Positions 9,636 through 19,933 of a DNA stretch of 64,000 bases are shown piece after piece. The notes below the pieces were generated by a model that was not told the DNA's origin, searched no databases, and saw only the letters and a program-made list of their open reading frames with translations. The number at the start of each line of letters is the position of its first letter. Position 1 is the first letter of the stretch. This DNA is from Candidatus Avilachnospira sp. (GTDB lineage: Bacteria > Bacillota > Clostridia > Oscillospirales > Oscillospiraceae). Location of the stretch: contig JAZRTT010000019.1 in the NCBI GenBank assembly GCA_045652125.1, forward strand, positions 56,337 through 120,336, in the 5' to 3' direction. The position numbers and the translations under genes are program-made.

Positions 9636-9675
9636 TTTATCACCGCCGTTAGTATAACCAACGGCAGTGATAATA

Positions 9676-10074
9676 TCAGGCCTCTGCTTTTTCGCTTTTT
9701 TTCTGTTTATTCAGAGAAGAAATTTGATCTATCAGTTCCGGCAGCAGCTCAATAAGCCGTTCCAGAGAGTTGGAAGCAGGCTCTGCCACGGGCAAAAGCC
9801 GAACACTCTCACCCTTGATGACCAAAAAGGCTACCGGCGTAATGGAGACACTGGCTCCTGTACCGCCGCCAAAAGCATTTTCCTTATTGGCAGGATATCC
9901 TTTTGTCGCAAAATCTGTACCGCCGCCTGCGAATCCGTACTTCACCTTGGACACAGGAATCAGCGTTACACCGTCCGGTGTATGAATGGCTTCTCCGATT
10001 ACCGTATTGGCATCGGCCATGGTTTTGATCTTTTCGATGGAAATTCCCATCATATCGGGCAAAGGATGTTTCAT
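9676..10074 (-). CDS. ytfJ: GerW/YtfJ family sporulation protein
   Basis: IEKIKTMADANTVIGEAIHTPDGVTLIPVSKVKYGFAGGG...GGGTGASVSITPVAFLVI is the YtfJ signature. Confidence 0.8.
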   Translation of the reverse strand: MKHPLPDMMGISIEKIKTMADANTVIGEAIHTPDGVTLIPVSKVKYGFAGGGTDFATKGYPANKENAFGGGTGASVSITPVAFLVIKGESVRLLPVAEPASNSLERLIELLPELIDQISSLNKQKKSEKAEA

Positions 10075-10652
10075 TCGGGCTGCACCGCCTTTTTCTTGAT
10101 TTTGGTGTCGCTGTATAATTTGATCAACAGCCCCAGAGCAACACCTGCCAGGGCAAATACCTCATAGATTTTTACCGTAATCTCAGCCTCAGCCAAAACT
10201 TTAGTCTCCGGCTGTTCAAATTGGCAGGAAACATCAATATCCTGCTTCGCAATTTGAAATATGCGATAAACAAGAGGCAGGGCACCACTCAGGCCGGCAC
10301 AAATGTGTCCATACCGCATAGCACATGCTTCGGCATCTGTTCCGCCAACTGCTATATGAAGCCGAAGCAGTTCCACCTGGGGCGTCCGCAGAATTCTTCC
10401 TGTCAATTCCAGCAATTCTCTCCAATAGATCAGAACTGCACGGTACCATTTTTTCTCGGTGGGACGGCTGCCGGACGGTGTACCGTTCCTCTCGCCTTTT
10501 GCCTTCGGCTTTTTTTTTGCGGAAAGAGAAAACCGAACAGGACCGATTCGCAGCAGCAAAACGGCACTGCCGCTCTCCCATCGAAGACGCACGCCGACTT
10601 TCAGCGTAAGAAACCCCGTCAGCAGTCCGAAACCGATCAGCCAGCCGATCAT
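10071..10652 (-). CDS. DUF2953-like (YtfI-like) membrane-anchored sporulation-associated protein
   Basis: N-terminal TM, a basic linker, and a position directly upstream of and overlapping ytfJ, as in other Firmicutes. The family call rests on pattern and synteny only. Confidence 0.5.
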   Translation of the reverse strand: MIGWLIGFGLLTGFLTLKVGVRLRWESGSAVLLLRIGPVRFSLSAKKKPKAKGERNGTPSGSRPTEKKWYRAVLIYWRELLELTGRILRTPQVELLRLHIAVGGTDAEACAMRYGHICAGLSGALPLVYRIFQIAKQDIDVSCQFEQPETKVLAEAEITVKIYEVFALAGVALGLLIKLYSDTKIKKKAVQPE

Positions 10653-11215
10653 GACGGCTCCTCCTGAACAGCCTCCTGCGGCACTTCAGGCCTGCTTTTG
10701 AAGTTCATCAGCTCAATCTCCGGCAGCTCATCCAAAGAGTTGAGGCCAAAGGTCCGCAGAAAATCCGGTGTTGTCCGGTACAAAATAGGCCGTCCCGGTA
10801 CATTGAGCCGTCCGCACTCCTCAATCAGCTTTTTTGTCAACAGGGCGCTGATCGAATAAGCGCTGTCCACACCGCGGAGCTGCTCCACATAGGCTTTCGT
10901 GGCCGGCTGATAGTAAGCAATAACGGTAAGTGCCTCCAACTGCGAAGGTGACAGTTTGGGCGGTTTTCTGGTTTCCAGCGTCTTTGTCACATATTCCGCC
11001 ATTTCTCCGGAAGAACACATCTGATAAGCATTTTCTAACTTCAAAATGCGAATTCCGCTGCGATGATAGGAAAGTGAATCCATAAGCTGCTGCATTTCCC
11101 GATGAATCTCTTCCTCCTCCACAGAAAGAGAAACAGAAAGCCGTCCGGCATCCACCGGTTCACCGGCTGCAAACAGCACCGCCATCAAGGCACGCTGCAG
11201 ATCATTGTGTTCCAT
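10649..11215 (-). CDS. scpB: Segregation and condensation protein B
   Basis: ALMAVLFAAGEPV...LSPSQLEALTVIAYYQPATKAYVEQLRGVDS...GRPILYRTT. ATG at 11215 (MEHNDLQ) is preferred and overlaps the scpA end. Confidence 0.85.
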   Translation of the reverse strand: MEHNDLQRALMAVLFAAGEPVDAGRLSVSLSVEEEEIHREMQQLMDSLSYHRSGIRILKLENAYQMCSSGEMAEYVTKTLETRKPPKLSPSQLEALTVIAYYQPATKAYVEQLRGVDSAYSISALLTKKLIEECGRLNVPGRPILYRTTPDFLRTFGLNSLDELPEIELMNFKSRPEVPQEAVQEEPS

Positions 11216-12017
11216 GTTCCAAGGCCCCTTCCTTTTCGATCTTTGCATCAGGCATCTGCACGAACCGCACGTTCAGATCCTGATCCATTTCTCCGTCCAG
11301 TTCAACCGAGCGAACACGGCAGAGTTCCAACACTGCCAAAAATGTAGCAACCACTTCGGAACGGGAACGATTCCCCCGAAACAGCTTCAGAAATTTGGTA
11401 ATTCCGTGAGACAGCAGTTTTTTCAGCACTTCCGCCGCCTTTTTTGTCACAGGATAGGGTTCCCGACCCACGATCCCGGAAAAATTGGATGTGGGAGGCG
11501 GCAGGGCACGTTCACTGCGCTCTGAAATGGTCGCCATGGCATGAATCAAATCAGAAGGAGCATGCTGATAACGGTAAGTAAGATCCCGCCGGTAAGGTTC
11601 CTGCCCTTTGGTAAACAGATTGATGCCGATCTCATTTCGTCCGCATAAAAATTCCACGCTGGTTTTTACCTGCCGAAAAGCATCCTGGCGCTGCCTTTCC
11701 TCCAGAGAACGAATCAGCAGTTCCATCTCGCTGAGGGCTTCTTCTTTCTCCGCAGCAGACAGCAGCATTTTGGTTTTGATGAGCATCAGATGAGAAGCCA
11801 TGGAAATAAATTCGCTGGCGATCTCCATATCCAACCGCTTCATTTCATCCAAATATGCCAGATATTGCTCCAAAATGGAGGTGATGCTAATATCCTGAAT
11901 CTCTATTTTGTTTTTACTCAAAAGCAGAAGAATTACGTCCAGCGGGCCGTCAAAATCTTCCATGTGCTCTGCTTTTGCATGAACAACGTTGTCCAGATGA
12001 TATTGTGGTCCTTCCAT
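11202..12017 (-). CDS. scpA: Segregation and condensation protein A
   Basis: FDGPLDVILLLLSKNKIEIQDISITSILEQYLAYL...VVATFLAVLELCR is the ScpA (kleisin) signature. Confidence 0.85.
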   Translation of the reverse strand: MEGPQYHLDNVVHAKAEHMEDFDGPLDVILLLLSKNKIEIQDISITSILEQYLAYLDEMKRLDMEIASEFISMASHLMLIKTKMLLSAAEKEEALSEMELLIRSLEERQRQDAFRQVKTSVEFLCGRNEIGINLFTKGQEPYRRDLTYRYQHAPSDLIHAMATISERSERALPPPTSNFSGIVGREPYPVTKKAAEVLKKLLSHGITKFLKLFRGNRSRSEVVATFLAVLELCRVRSVELDGEMDQDLNVRFVQMPDAKIEKEGALEHGTQ

Positions 12018-12029
12018 AGATACCTCAAA

Positions 12030-12725
12030 TCAGCCATTGGCAATTAAGTAGAGTAGTGGTTCCGTTATGGTATTGAGCCCATCCAGCAGAGCGCTTCGCA
12101 AAAACAGCAGCGGCACATCCAAACTATTGGTCAGAAGCAGCACCGCCAGTAAGAGCATCCCATAGCGTTCATAGCGCAGAATCAGGCCGTACCAGCGGTT
12201 CGGCAGGATGGCAAACAGCACCTTGGAGCCATCCAGCGGCGGGATGGGAAACAGATTGAACACCGCAAGGCCTGCACTGATCTGGGCAACACATTCCAGA
12301 AAAAACCGAACATAGTGAAATGCCGTACCCATTTGGTCAAAAGGTGTCACTGCAAAAAGAACGCACCATAAAGCCCGGGCCGCCAGAGCCAAAAAGACAT
12401 TGCTCAAAGGCCCTGCCAGAGCCGTAAGTACCATACCGGCTTTGGGGCGGCGAAACTTTCTCGGGTCAATCGGCACAGGTCTTGCCCAGCCGAACCGAAC
12501 CAATACGATCATCACAAGCCCCATAGGGTCAATATGACGCAAAGGATTCAGAGAGAGCCGCCGCTGCCGTTTGGCTGTGTCATCTCCAAGAGCCAGAGCC
12601 AACAGACCATGACAGGTTTCATGAACCGTAATACACACGATGGCCGCTGACGCTGTGACCAGCATAGCCAGAAAATAATCAAATTCCAACTGCTTCAGCC
12701 ATGACAGGAAACCATTCATGGGCAT
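12030..12725 (-). CDS. Site-2 protease family (M50) membrane metalloprotease
   Basis: HExxH in a TM helix (VHETCHGLLA), the NLFPIPPLDGS motif, and a polytopic membrane profile. Confidence 0.75.
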   Translation of the reverse strand: MPMNGFLSWLKQLEFDYFLAMLVTASAAIVCITVHETCHGLLALALGDDTAKRQRRLSLNPLRHIDPMGLVMIVLVRFGWARPVPIDPRKFRRPKAGMVLTALAGPLSNVFLALAARALWCVLFAVTPFDQMGTAFHYVRFFLECVAQISAGLAVFNLFPIPPLDGSKVLFAILPNRWYGLILRYERYGMLLLAVLLLTNSLDVPLLFLRSALLDGLNTITEPLLYLIANG

Positions 12726-12778
12726 ACTCCCTCATATTATTTTTATTAGTATATCATCAATTCCAGAAAATAGCAAGA

Positions 12779-12809
12779 AAACCCGGCTGATTTCAGCCGG
12801 GTTTTCTTT
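12779..12809 (-). terminator. Rho-independent terminator closing the tig-clpPX-lon-engB gene string
   Basis: CCCGGCTGA..TCAGCCGGG stem flanked by A/T runs, abutting the engB stop. Confidence 0.7.
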
Positions 12810-13395
12810 ACTGCTCTACCGTTTTCAAAATGCAGGACAGCAGTTCTTCCCTGCCCTCCCCTTTTTCCGCGGAAAAACGGATCAGAGGCACATCATCTTC
12901 CAGAGAGAGGGTTTCACGGATGGCCTGCAAATTCCCCTCTATCTCAGACTTCTTCAGTTTGTCCATCTTATTGGCAACTACCACATAGGGGCGTCCGGAC
13001 TGCTGAAACCAATTGGCCATGGTCACATCGTTGGCCGTAGGTTTATGGCGGGCATCCACGATCAGCACCCCAAGCGTAATGAGATCGGGGTCAGCAAAAT
13101 AACTCTCGATCAGCTTTGCCCACCGTTCTTTCTCCGCCTTGGGCACTTTGGCATAGCCATAGCCCGGTAGGTCTACCAGATACATGGCCTTATCAATGAG
13201 AAAATAGTTAATATGGGTGGTTTTTCCGGGTGCTTCACCAACCCGGGCAAAGTTTTTTCGCTGCAAAAGACGGTTGATCACAGAGGATTTTCCCACATTG
13301 GAACGCCCTGCAAAAGCAATCTGGGGCAGGAAATCCTTGGGACAAGCATCCAGACTTGCGGCAGAGCGAATAAATTCAGCATTGTGTAAATTCAT
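12808..13395 (-). CDS. engB: Ribosome biogenesis GTP-binding protein YsxC/EngB
   Basis: G1 motif GRSNVGKSS, DLPGYGYA, and NKMDK. Sits downstream of lon as in Bacillus. Confidence 0.9.
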   Translation of the reverse strand: MNLHNAEFIRSAASLDACPKDFLPQIAFAGRSNVGKSSVINRLLQRKNFARVGEAPGKTTHINYFLIDKAMYLVDLPGYGYAKVPKAEKERWAKLIESYFADPDLITLGVLIVDARHKPTANDVTMANWFQQSGRPYVVVANKMDKLKKSEIEGNLQAIRETLSLEDDVPLIRFSAEKGEGREELLSCILKTVEQ

Positions 13396-13402
13396 TTCTC
13401 AC

Positions 13403-15829
13403 CTACTGCCGGATTCCGGTCTTTCTGCTTTTTTTCTGCCCTTGCGGCACGGCCAAAGCATTGCTTTGTTCCATTTCGGCAGACATACCGCTTCCCCGAC
13501 GGTTCTCCAGATCCAAAGCAGCAGTCAGAACATCATCCACATGAGAGACTGTCAGAAAATTGAGGCTTCTGCGGACGGTTTGATCGATCTCTTCCAGATC
13601 CTTTGCATTGGCCTGAGGGATAATAACCGTCTTGATCCCATGGCGCAAAGCAGCCATGGTCTTTTCCTTCAATCCGCCAATCGCCAAAACACGACCGCGG
13701 ATGGAGATCTCACCTGTCATGGCCAGATCACGCCGAACCCTTGCCCCTGTCAGAGCCGAAACCATCGCCGTGCAGATGGTAATACCGGCAGATGGTCCAT
13801 CCTTGGGAATTGCGCCTTCCGGAAAATGAACATGAATGTCGGTGGTTTTGTAAAAATCTTCCGAAATATGGAGTTTTCCTGCCCGGGAGCGAATATAACT
13901 CATAGCCGCATGGACAGACTCTTTCATTACATCTCCCAGATTTCCGGTCAATTCCAGTTTTCCGGAACCGGGCACCACATTGACTTCCACTTCCAGCGTC
14001 TCACCGCCTACGGCGGTCCATGCAAGCCCTGTGACCAATCCTACCGTATCAGCAGGAGGAAGTTCATCCGGCAAATATTTTCTCACACCCAGAAATGCTT
14101 CTAAATTGGCTCCGTTAATCGAAATACGCTTGGGTGCAGACTCAGAAACCATCTGAGTATCGCATTTTCGGCAAATTGCAGCCAATTCCCGCTCCAGATT
14201 GCGGACACCGGACTCCCGGGTATAGCAGGTAATGATCTCCCGAATGGCTTCATCGGACAATCGCACCTGTATCTTTTTTAACCCGTGCTTTTTCAGTTGT
14301 TTGGGCAGCAGATGTCTTTTGGCGATTTGCAGTTTTTCCTCATCTGTATAGGAGGTCAGCTCAATTACTTCCATCCGGTCCAGAAGCGGTGCCGGTATGG
14401 TGGAAGTGGTATTGGCCGTTGTAATAAACATACATTCGCTCAAATCAAAAGGCACTTCCAAATAATGATCCCGGAACGTACTGTTTTGCTCTGCATCCAG
14501 CACTTCCAAAAGTGCAGAAGAAGGATCCCCTCTGTAATCGCTGCCCAGTTTGTCAATTTCATCCAGTAAAAGCAATGCATTTTTGGAACCCGCGTGGGAC
14601 ACAGCATTCATAATGCGGCCGGGCATCGCACCAATATAGGTCTTGCGATGACCGCGAATGTCTGCCTCATCATGAACGCCGCCCAAAGAAATGCGGGCCA
14701 GTTTGCGGTTCAGCGCCCGGGCAATGCTCATAGCAATGCTGGTCTTGCCAACTCCGGGAGGCCCCACAAGGCAGATGATCTGCCCCGGCATATCCGGTGC
14801 CATTTTCCGAACGGCAAATATCTCCAGAATCCGTTCTTTTACCTTCTCCAAGCCAAAGTGGTCTGCATCCAAAATTTTACGGGCTGCGTTCATATTGACC
14901 TGCTCTTTGGTTCTCTTGTTCCACGGAAGCTCCACACAGACATCCAGATACGAACGAATCAACGCAGCTTCAGAGGAATTGGCCGGCTGTTTGCTCAGCC
15001 GCTTCACTTCTTTCAGCAGCTTTTCTTCGATCTCCTGCGGCAAATGCAGATTCTCAATGGTATTCTGGTAGTGTGCAATTTCTTCCCCTTCGTCCTCTTC
15101 CCCAAGCTCCTGCTGAATCACGCGAATTTGCTCCCGGAGATAGTAGTCCCGCTGTCCTTTGCTGACACTTTCCTGAACACGCTCCTGAATATCAGCTTCC
15201 AGCTGCATGATCTCCAGCTCGCGCCCCAGTAAAATACATGTCATCTCCAGACGTTTTATCGGATTCATGGTCTCCAGAACCCGCTGCTTATCCTCATAAT
15301 TGATAGAGGTGTTCTGGGCAATATAGTCGGCAATATAACCGAGGTTATCGTCAGACATGACCGCCAGCAGCCCTTCCGGTGCATTCCGCCCGGACAGCTC
15401 CAGAAAATGATCATAGAGGATCTGTGCCTGCCGAATCAAAGCCTCTGCCTTGGCGTTTGTTTTGCCCAAAGGCTGGTCACTGACAGACTCTACCCTACCG
15501 TACAGATACGGTTCTGCCTGGATACACTCTTTCAGGTTTGCCCGATACTTGCCCTCCACCAGAACGCGAATCGTATCTCCGGGGAGCCGAAGCACCTGTT
15601 TTACCTCTGCCACTGTACCTAAAACGTACAGATCTGCCTGCCTGGGATCATCAACTTGTATCTGTTTTTGCGTTACCAAAAACAGTTCCTGATTGCCCCG
15701 CATGGCCTCTTCAACCGCCCGGATGGACTTTTTTCTTCCCACATCAAAGTGTGTCGTCATCCGGGGGAATACATTCAAGCCCCGTAATGCCAGAATCGGC
15801 ATTCGTTGGGACATGATCAATTCATTCAT
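13403..15829 (-). CDS. lon: ATP-dependent Lon protease
   Basis: LON N-domain, AAA+ Walker A (GPPGVGKTS) and Walker B (LLLDEIDK), and a C-terminal protease domain with [10 protein letters not shown]. Confidence 0.95.
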   Translation of the reverse strand: MNELIMSQRMPILALRGLNVFPRMTTHFDVGRKKSIRAVEEAMRGNQELFLVTQKQIQVDDPRQADLYVLGTVAEVKQVLRLPGDTIRVLVEGKYRANLKECIQAEPYLYGRVESVSDQPLGKTNAKAEALIRQAQILYDHFLELSGRNAPEGLLAVMSDDNLGYIADYIAQNTSINYEDKQRVLETMNPIKRLEMTCILLGRELEIMQLEADIQERVQESVSKGQRDYYLREQIRVIQQELGEEDEGEEIAHYQNTIENLHLPQEIEEKLLKEVKRLSKQPANSSEAALIRSYLDVCVELPWNKRTKEQVNMNAARKILDADHFGLEKVKERILEIFAVRKMAPDMPGQIICLVGPPGVGKTSIAMSIARALNRKLARISLGGVHDEADIRGHRKTYIGAMPGRIMNAVSHAGSKNALLLLDEIDKLGSDYRGDPSSALLEVLDAEQNSTFRDHYLEVPFDLSECMFITTANTTSTIPAPLLDRMEVIELTSYTDEEKLQIAKRHLLPKQLKKHGLKKIQVRLSDEAIREIITCYTRESGVRNLERELAAICRKCDTQMVSESAPKRISINGANLEAFLGVRKYLPDELPPADTVGLVTGLAWTAVGGETLEVEVNVVPGSGKLELTGNLGDVMKESVHAAMSYIRSRAGKLHISEDFYKTTDIHVHFPEGAIPKDGPSAGITICTAMVSALTGARVRRDLAMTGEISIRGRVLAIGGLKEKTMAALRHGIKTVIIPQANAKDLEEIDQTVRRSLNFLTVSHVDDVLTAALDLENRRGSGMSAEMEQSNALAVPQGQKKSRKTGIRQ

Positions 15830-15886
15830 AGGATACTCCTTTCTGGGAGTAGCAAAGGGAGAGGAACCATCCTCTCCCTTTGAACA

Positions 15887-17149
15887 TTAAAGTGTCATAC
15901 CCGCGTTACGGATGGGCTTGCGGGGATTGCTGCTGTCATGGGTCACTTGGGGTCTTTCTTTGCCGCGGACACATTGTTCCGTCACCAAAACACTTTGAAT
16001 CGTGGGATCGGACGGAATGTCATACATGATCCCGGTCATGGTCTCTTCCATGATGGCACGCAGACCTCTGGCACCGATCTGCCGTTCAATGGCAAGTTCG
16101 GCGATTGCCTCCAGCGCCTCTTCTTCAAAGCTCAGGTTCACCTGATCGTACTCCAACAGTTTGCGATACTGCTTACACAGTGCATTTTTCGGTTCTGTGA
16201 GGATCCGCACCAGATCTTCTTTCTTTAGACTCTCCAGGGTGGTGATCACCGGCATACGTCCCACCAATTCGGGGATAATGCCGAATTTCAGAAGGTCATG
16301 CGGCTGCACCTTGCGGAACAGTTCGCCCACATCACGATGCCTCTTGCTCTCCAACTCAGATTCAAAACCGATGGCAGACTTATCCGTACGTTTTTTAATG
16401 ATCTTATCCAAGCCATCAAAGGCACCGCCGCAGATGAACAGAATGTTGGAAGTATCGATCTGAATAAACTCCTGCTGGGGATGCTTCCGTCCGCCCTGAG
16501 GAGGAACATTGGCCACAGTACCTTCGAGAATCTTCAAAAGTGCCTGCTGCACACCTTCGCCGCTGACATCACGGGTAATGGAGGTATTTTCGCTCTTTCG
16601 GGCAATCTTATCCATTTCATCGATGTAAATAATGCCTCGCTCGGCCAGTTCCACATCAAAATCTGCTGCCTGTAAAAGCCGCAGAAGAATATTTTCTACA
16701 TCTTCACCCACATAGCCGGCTTCTGTCAAAGTGGTAGCATCGGCAATGGCAAAGGGAACATTGAGAATCTTCGCCAGCGTCTGAGCAAAGAGGGTCTTAC
16801 CGGAACCCGTAGGACCAATCAGCAAAATATTGCTCTTCTGCAGTTCTACATCAGCGCTGTTGGCAAAATAAATACGCTTATAGTGATTATATACTGCCAC
16901 AGACAGGGCGATTTTTGCCGAATCCTGACCGATGATATACCGGTCCATATAAGTCTTGATCTCCTGCGGCGTCGGCAGGGTATCCGGAAGGTCGAAAGAC
17001 GGCGGATTGACCCCCATCTCATCCCGGATGATCCCGGAACAAAGCTCCACGCACTCGTTGCAGATATACACATTGGGTCCTGCAATGATACGGTTGACCT
17101 GCTCCTGTTTCTTTCCGCAGAAAGAGCAGCGAATGGTTTCTCTTGCCAA
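15887..17149 (-). CDS. clpX: ATP-dependent Clp protease ATP-binding subunit ClpX
   Basis: Zinc-binding CSFCGK...CNEC, Walker A GPTGSGKT, and IIYIDEMDK. Confidence 0.95.
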   Translation of the reverse strand: MARETIRCSFCGKKQEQVNRIIAGPNVYICNECVELCSGIIRDEMGVNPPSFDLPDTLPTPQEIKTYMDRYIIGQDSAKIALSVAVYNHYKRIYFANSADVELQKSNILLIGPTGSGKTLFAQTLAKILNVPFAIADATTLTEAGYVGEDVENILLRLLQAADFDVELAERGIIYIDEMDKIARKSENTSITRDVSGEGVQQALLKILEGTVANVPPQGGRKHPQQEFIQIDTSNILFICGGAFDGLDKIIKKRTDKSAIGFESELESKRHRDVGELFRKVQPHDLLKFGIIPELVGRMPVITTLESLKKEDLVRILTEPKNALCKQYRKLLEYDQVNLSFEEEALEAIAELAIERQIGARGLRAIMEETMTGIMYDIPSDPTIQSVLVTEQCVRGKERPQVTHDSSNPRKPIRNAGMTL

Positions 17150-17178
17150 AGGTATCTTCCTTTCGTCCGGCAGACGTA

Positions 17179-17760
17179 TTATCTCTTGTAGATCACCTTA
17201 TCGATAAGGCCGTAAGCACAGGCTTCTTCGGCAGACATGAAGTTGTCCCGCTCCGTGTCGTTCCGAATGGTTTCCAACGGCTTGCCGGTATTCTCTGCCA
17301 GAATTTGATTCAGCCGATCTTTGATCTTCAGCATCCGTTCCACGTGAATCTTCATGTCCGTGGCCTGACCCTTTGTACCGCCCAGAGGCTGATGGATCAT
17401 GATCTCGGCATTGGGCAGCGCAATACGCTTGCCCTTGGTTCCTGCTGACAGCAGGAATGCACCCATGGACGCAGCCATGCCGATGCAGATGGTGGAAACA
17501 TCACATTTGACATACTGCATGGTATCGTAGATAGCCATGCCGGCAGTCACAGAGCCACCGGGGGAATTGATGTAAAATTGAATATCTTTATCGGGATCCT
17601 GACCCTCCAGATAGAGCATCTGTGCCACAACCAGACTGGCAGTCACATCGTTGATCTCTTCGGAAAGCAAAATGATCCGATCGTTGAGCAGACGGGAAAA
17701 AATATCATAGCTGCGCTCACCGCGGCTGGTCTGCTCCACCACATAGGGAATAAAACTCAT
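17179..17760 (-). CDS. clpP: ATP-dependent Clp protease proteolytic subunit
   Basis: [18 protein letters not shown]...[11 protein letters not shown]...IMIHQP (Ser/His/Asp catalytic context). Confidence 0.95.
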   Translation of the reverse strand: MSFIPYVVEQTSRGERSYDIFSRLLNDRIILLSEEINDVTASLVVAQMLYLEGQDPDKDIQFYINSPGGSVTAGMAIYDTMQYVKCDVSTICIGMAASMGAFLLSAGTKGKRIALPNAEIMIHQPLGGTKGQATDMKIHVERMLKIKDRLNQILAENTGKPLETIRNDTERDNFMSAEEACAYGLIDKVIYKR

Positions 17761-17819
17761 AGGAATGCTCCTTTCTCCGGTTGCAAAATCTAAAACATTC
17801 TAACCGGGCAGAGGATGAA

Positions 17820-19121
17820 TTATTCCTCTGTTTTGCTCTCTTCTGCCACGGCCGTTGCCACAGCGTTGTCCACGATCAGCTTTACAGCCTTTCTGGATGC
17901 CAGATCAGCCTTGACAGTCTCGGCATTGAGGGCAGCCTTGACTTTCTCTGCTTCCATCTGATACTGTTCAGCAACCTTGGCGTATTCTTCTTCCAGTTCC
18001 TCGTCGGAAACTTCGATCTTCTCTGCTTCCACAATGGCACTCAGCAGAACGTTGGAGCGAACCGTAGTCTCAGCCATGGGACGCATGGAGGCACGCAGCC
18101 CACTCATATCGCCGCCGACCATCTTGGCATAGTCCTCCATGGTCATGCCGCTCATCTGAAGCTGGTAGGAGAACTGCTCCATATGTCTGTCTATCTGTTC
18201 TTCCACCATGCAGACGGGAATCTCGGCGGTCATGTTGGCAGCAGCAGCTTCCACGGCTGCATTCTCAAACTGACGGTCAATATTCTCCTGACGCATCTTC
18301 ATCTGCTTGGCGCGGATATCAGCCTTCAGCTCATCCAGGGTGTCAAACTCAGAAACATCCTTGGCAAACTCATCGTCCATTTCGGGACGAATGGTTTCCT
18401 TGACCTCATGAATCTTGCACTTAAAGACCACGGGCTTTCCTGCCAACTCCGGGGTATAGTTTTCGGGGAACGTCACATCAATATCCTTCTCATCACCGGC
18501 CTTCAGACCAATAAGAGCTTCTTCAAAACCGGGCACAAACTGCTTGGAGCCGATTTTCAAGCTATAATTGTCACCCTTACCGCCGGGGAATGCCACACCG
18601 TTGTCAAAGCCTTCAAAATCCAAAACCACGGTATCGCCTTCCTGAATAGGACGATCCACTGTCTCAATGCGGCTGTTGCGCTCTGCCATACGATCCAATT
18701 CGTTTTCCACGTCCTTGTCAGACACAACCACTTCTGCCTTGGGAACTTCGATTCCCTTATAGTCACCCAGAGTCACTTCGGGATACAGTTCCGTCTCAAC
18801 TGTCAGAACAACAGTGCCGTCAGCCGTCTCATCCATATCGGAGATGGAAGGAGCGCCCACCGCCTTGATCTGCTGGGCAACGATGCCCTGCTCATAAACA
18901 GCGGGGAACAGCTCATTGACAGCATCTTCATAAAAAACCTTGGCACCGTACATGCCCTCCACGACCTTCCGGGGAGCCTTGCCCTTGCGGAAGCCGGGAA
19001 CCATAATATTCTTTTTGTTCTTGTTGTACGCCTGATTCAGGGCGGCTTCAAACTCCTGCTTGTCGATCTCTACAACAATTTTGGCTTTGCCGTTGGCCTG
19101 TTCGGTGTTTTTCACATTCAT
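17820..19121 (-). CDS. tig: Trigger factor
   Basis: N-terminal ribosome-binding GFRKGKAP motif, a central FKBP-like domain and an acidic C-terminus. Sits upstream of clpP-clpX. Confidence 0.95.
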   Translation of the reverse strand: MNVKNTEQANGKAKIVVEIDKQEFEAALNQAYNKNKKNIMVPGFRKGKAPRKVVEGMYGAKVFYEDAVNELFPAVYEQGIVAQQIKAVGAPSISDMDETADGTVVLTVETELYPEVTLGDYKGIEVPKAEVVVSDKDVENELDRMAERNSRIETVDRPIQEGDTVVLDFEGFDNGVAFPGGKGDNYSLKIGSKQFVPGFEEALIGLKAGDEKDIDVTFPENYTPELAGKPVVFKCKIHEVKETIRPEMDDEFAKDVSEFDTLDELKADIRAKQMKMRQENIDRQFENAAVEAAAANMTAEIPVCMVEEQIDRHMEQFSYQLQMSGMTMEDYAKMVGGDMSGLRASMRPMAETTVRSNVLLSAIVEAEKIEVSDEELEEEYAKVAEQYQMEAEKVKAALNAETVKADLASRKAVKLIVDNAVATAVAEESKTEE

Positions 19122-19243
19122 TGGTGTTTCCTCCTATATGGTGGGCCGCAAAGGACCGTTTTTCACCTATTATCAATCCGTATTATATTAGCAAATATCA
19201 ACGAATTTTTCTACTGTTTTTTTACTTTTTTTACAAAAATTTT

Positions 19244-19933
19244 TTAAGCCATAATCTTCAAAGGCCGGAAGTTTACATAATCCGATGATACAAGGACAAA
19301 TTCCGTTCCGTCATAATTCCCTTCCAAAGCCAGTTTGTGACTGTCTCCGTGCAGATGGCCATAGTAGCAAGCCTTGACCTCATAACGAGAAAGCAGTTCC
19401 AGAATCTCCGGACAGGTATAACCGCGATATCGGGGTGGATAATGAAGGAAGCAAATCTTTTCCCTGTCCCCTGCCGCCTGCAGGGAAGCCTCCAACCGAA
19501 TCAACTCCCGACGAAATACCTTTTCATCATGGATATCGCCCTTGTTCTCCTCAAAGAACCAGCCCCGTGTGCCGCAAAGGGCAGCTTCCCCGTAAAAATA
19601 GCAGTTGTTATGGAGCAGATGAAGGTTTTCAAACCCATTCTCCCGGCAGAATGACCGGAATTTGGCAGCCGTATTCCACCAATAGTCATGGTTTCCTTTT
19701 ACCAACAGTTTCCGGCCAGGAAAGGATTCCAAAAAGGCAAAATCTTCAGTTGCCTCATCCAGACCCAGCGCCCAACAGAAATCGCCGGGGATAACCAGCG
19801 TATCGTCTTCACACAGAACAGACAGACCTTCCCGGAGCTTATCTGTATATCCTGCCCATCGGCCTCCAAAGACATCCATGGGCTTATCTGCACCAAAAGC
19901 CAAATGCAGATCTCCCAATGCATACAGTGCCAT
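19244..19933 (-). CDS. Calcineurin-like metallophosphoesterase
   Basis: GDLHL, PGDF, GNHDYWW and GHLHG metal-binding motifs. The start overlaps the thrC stop by 1 nt. Confidence 0.7.
   Translation of the reverse strand: MALYALGDLHLAFGADKPMDVFGGRWAGYTDKLREGLSVLCEDDTLVIPGDFCWALGLDEATEDFAFLESFPGRKLLVKGNHDYWWNTAAKFRSFCRENGFENLHLLHNNCYFYGEAALCGTRGWFFEENKGDIHDEKVFRRELIRLEASLQAAGDREKICFLHYPPRYRGYTCPEILELLSRYEVKACYYGHLHGDSHKLALEGNYDGTEFVLVSSDYVNFRPLKIMA

Noticed and set aside
17781-19247. 488-aa plus-strand ORF. Similar long ORFs occur at 13217..14104, 19918..21051, 25811..26761, 32348..33160, 34978..35844, 37473..38531, 39839..40720, 46319..46951, 57776..59536, 59724..61124, 61750..62568 and 62643..63812.
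   Set aside because: All lie antisense to genes with unmistakable family signatures (tig, lon, thrC, radical SAM, dac, murT, alr, kinase and others). Their translations are low-complexity, H/L/G/R-rich and without motifs. These are typical shadow ORFs of GC-rich, codon-biased genes.
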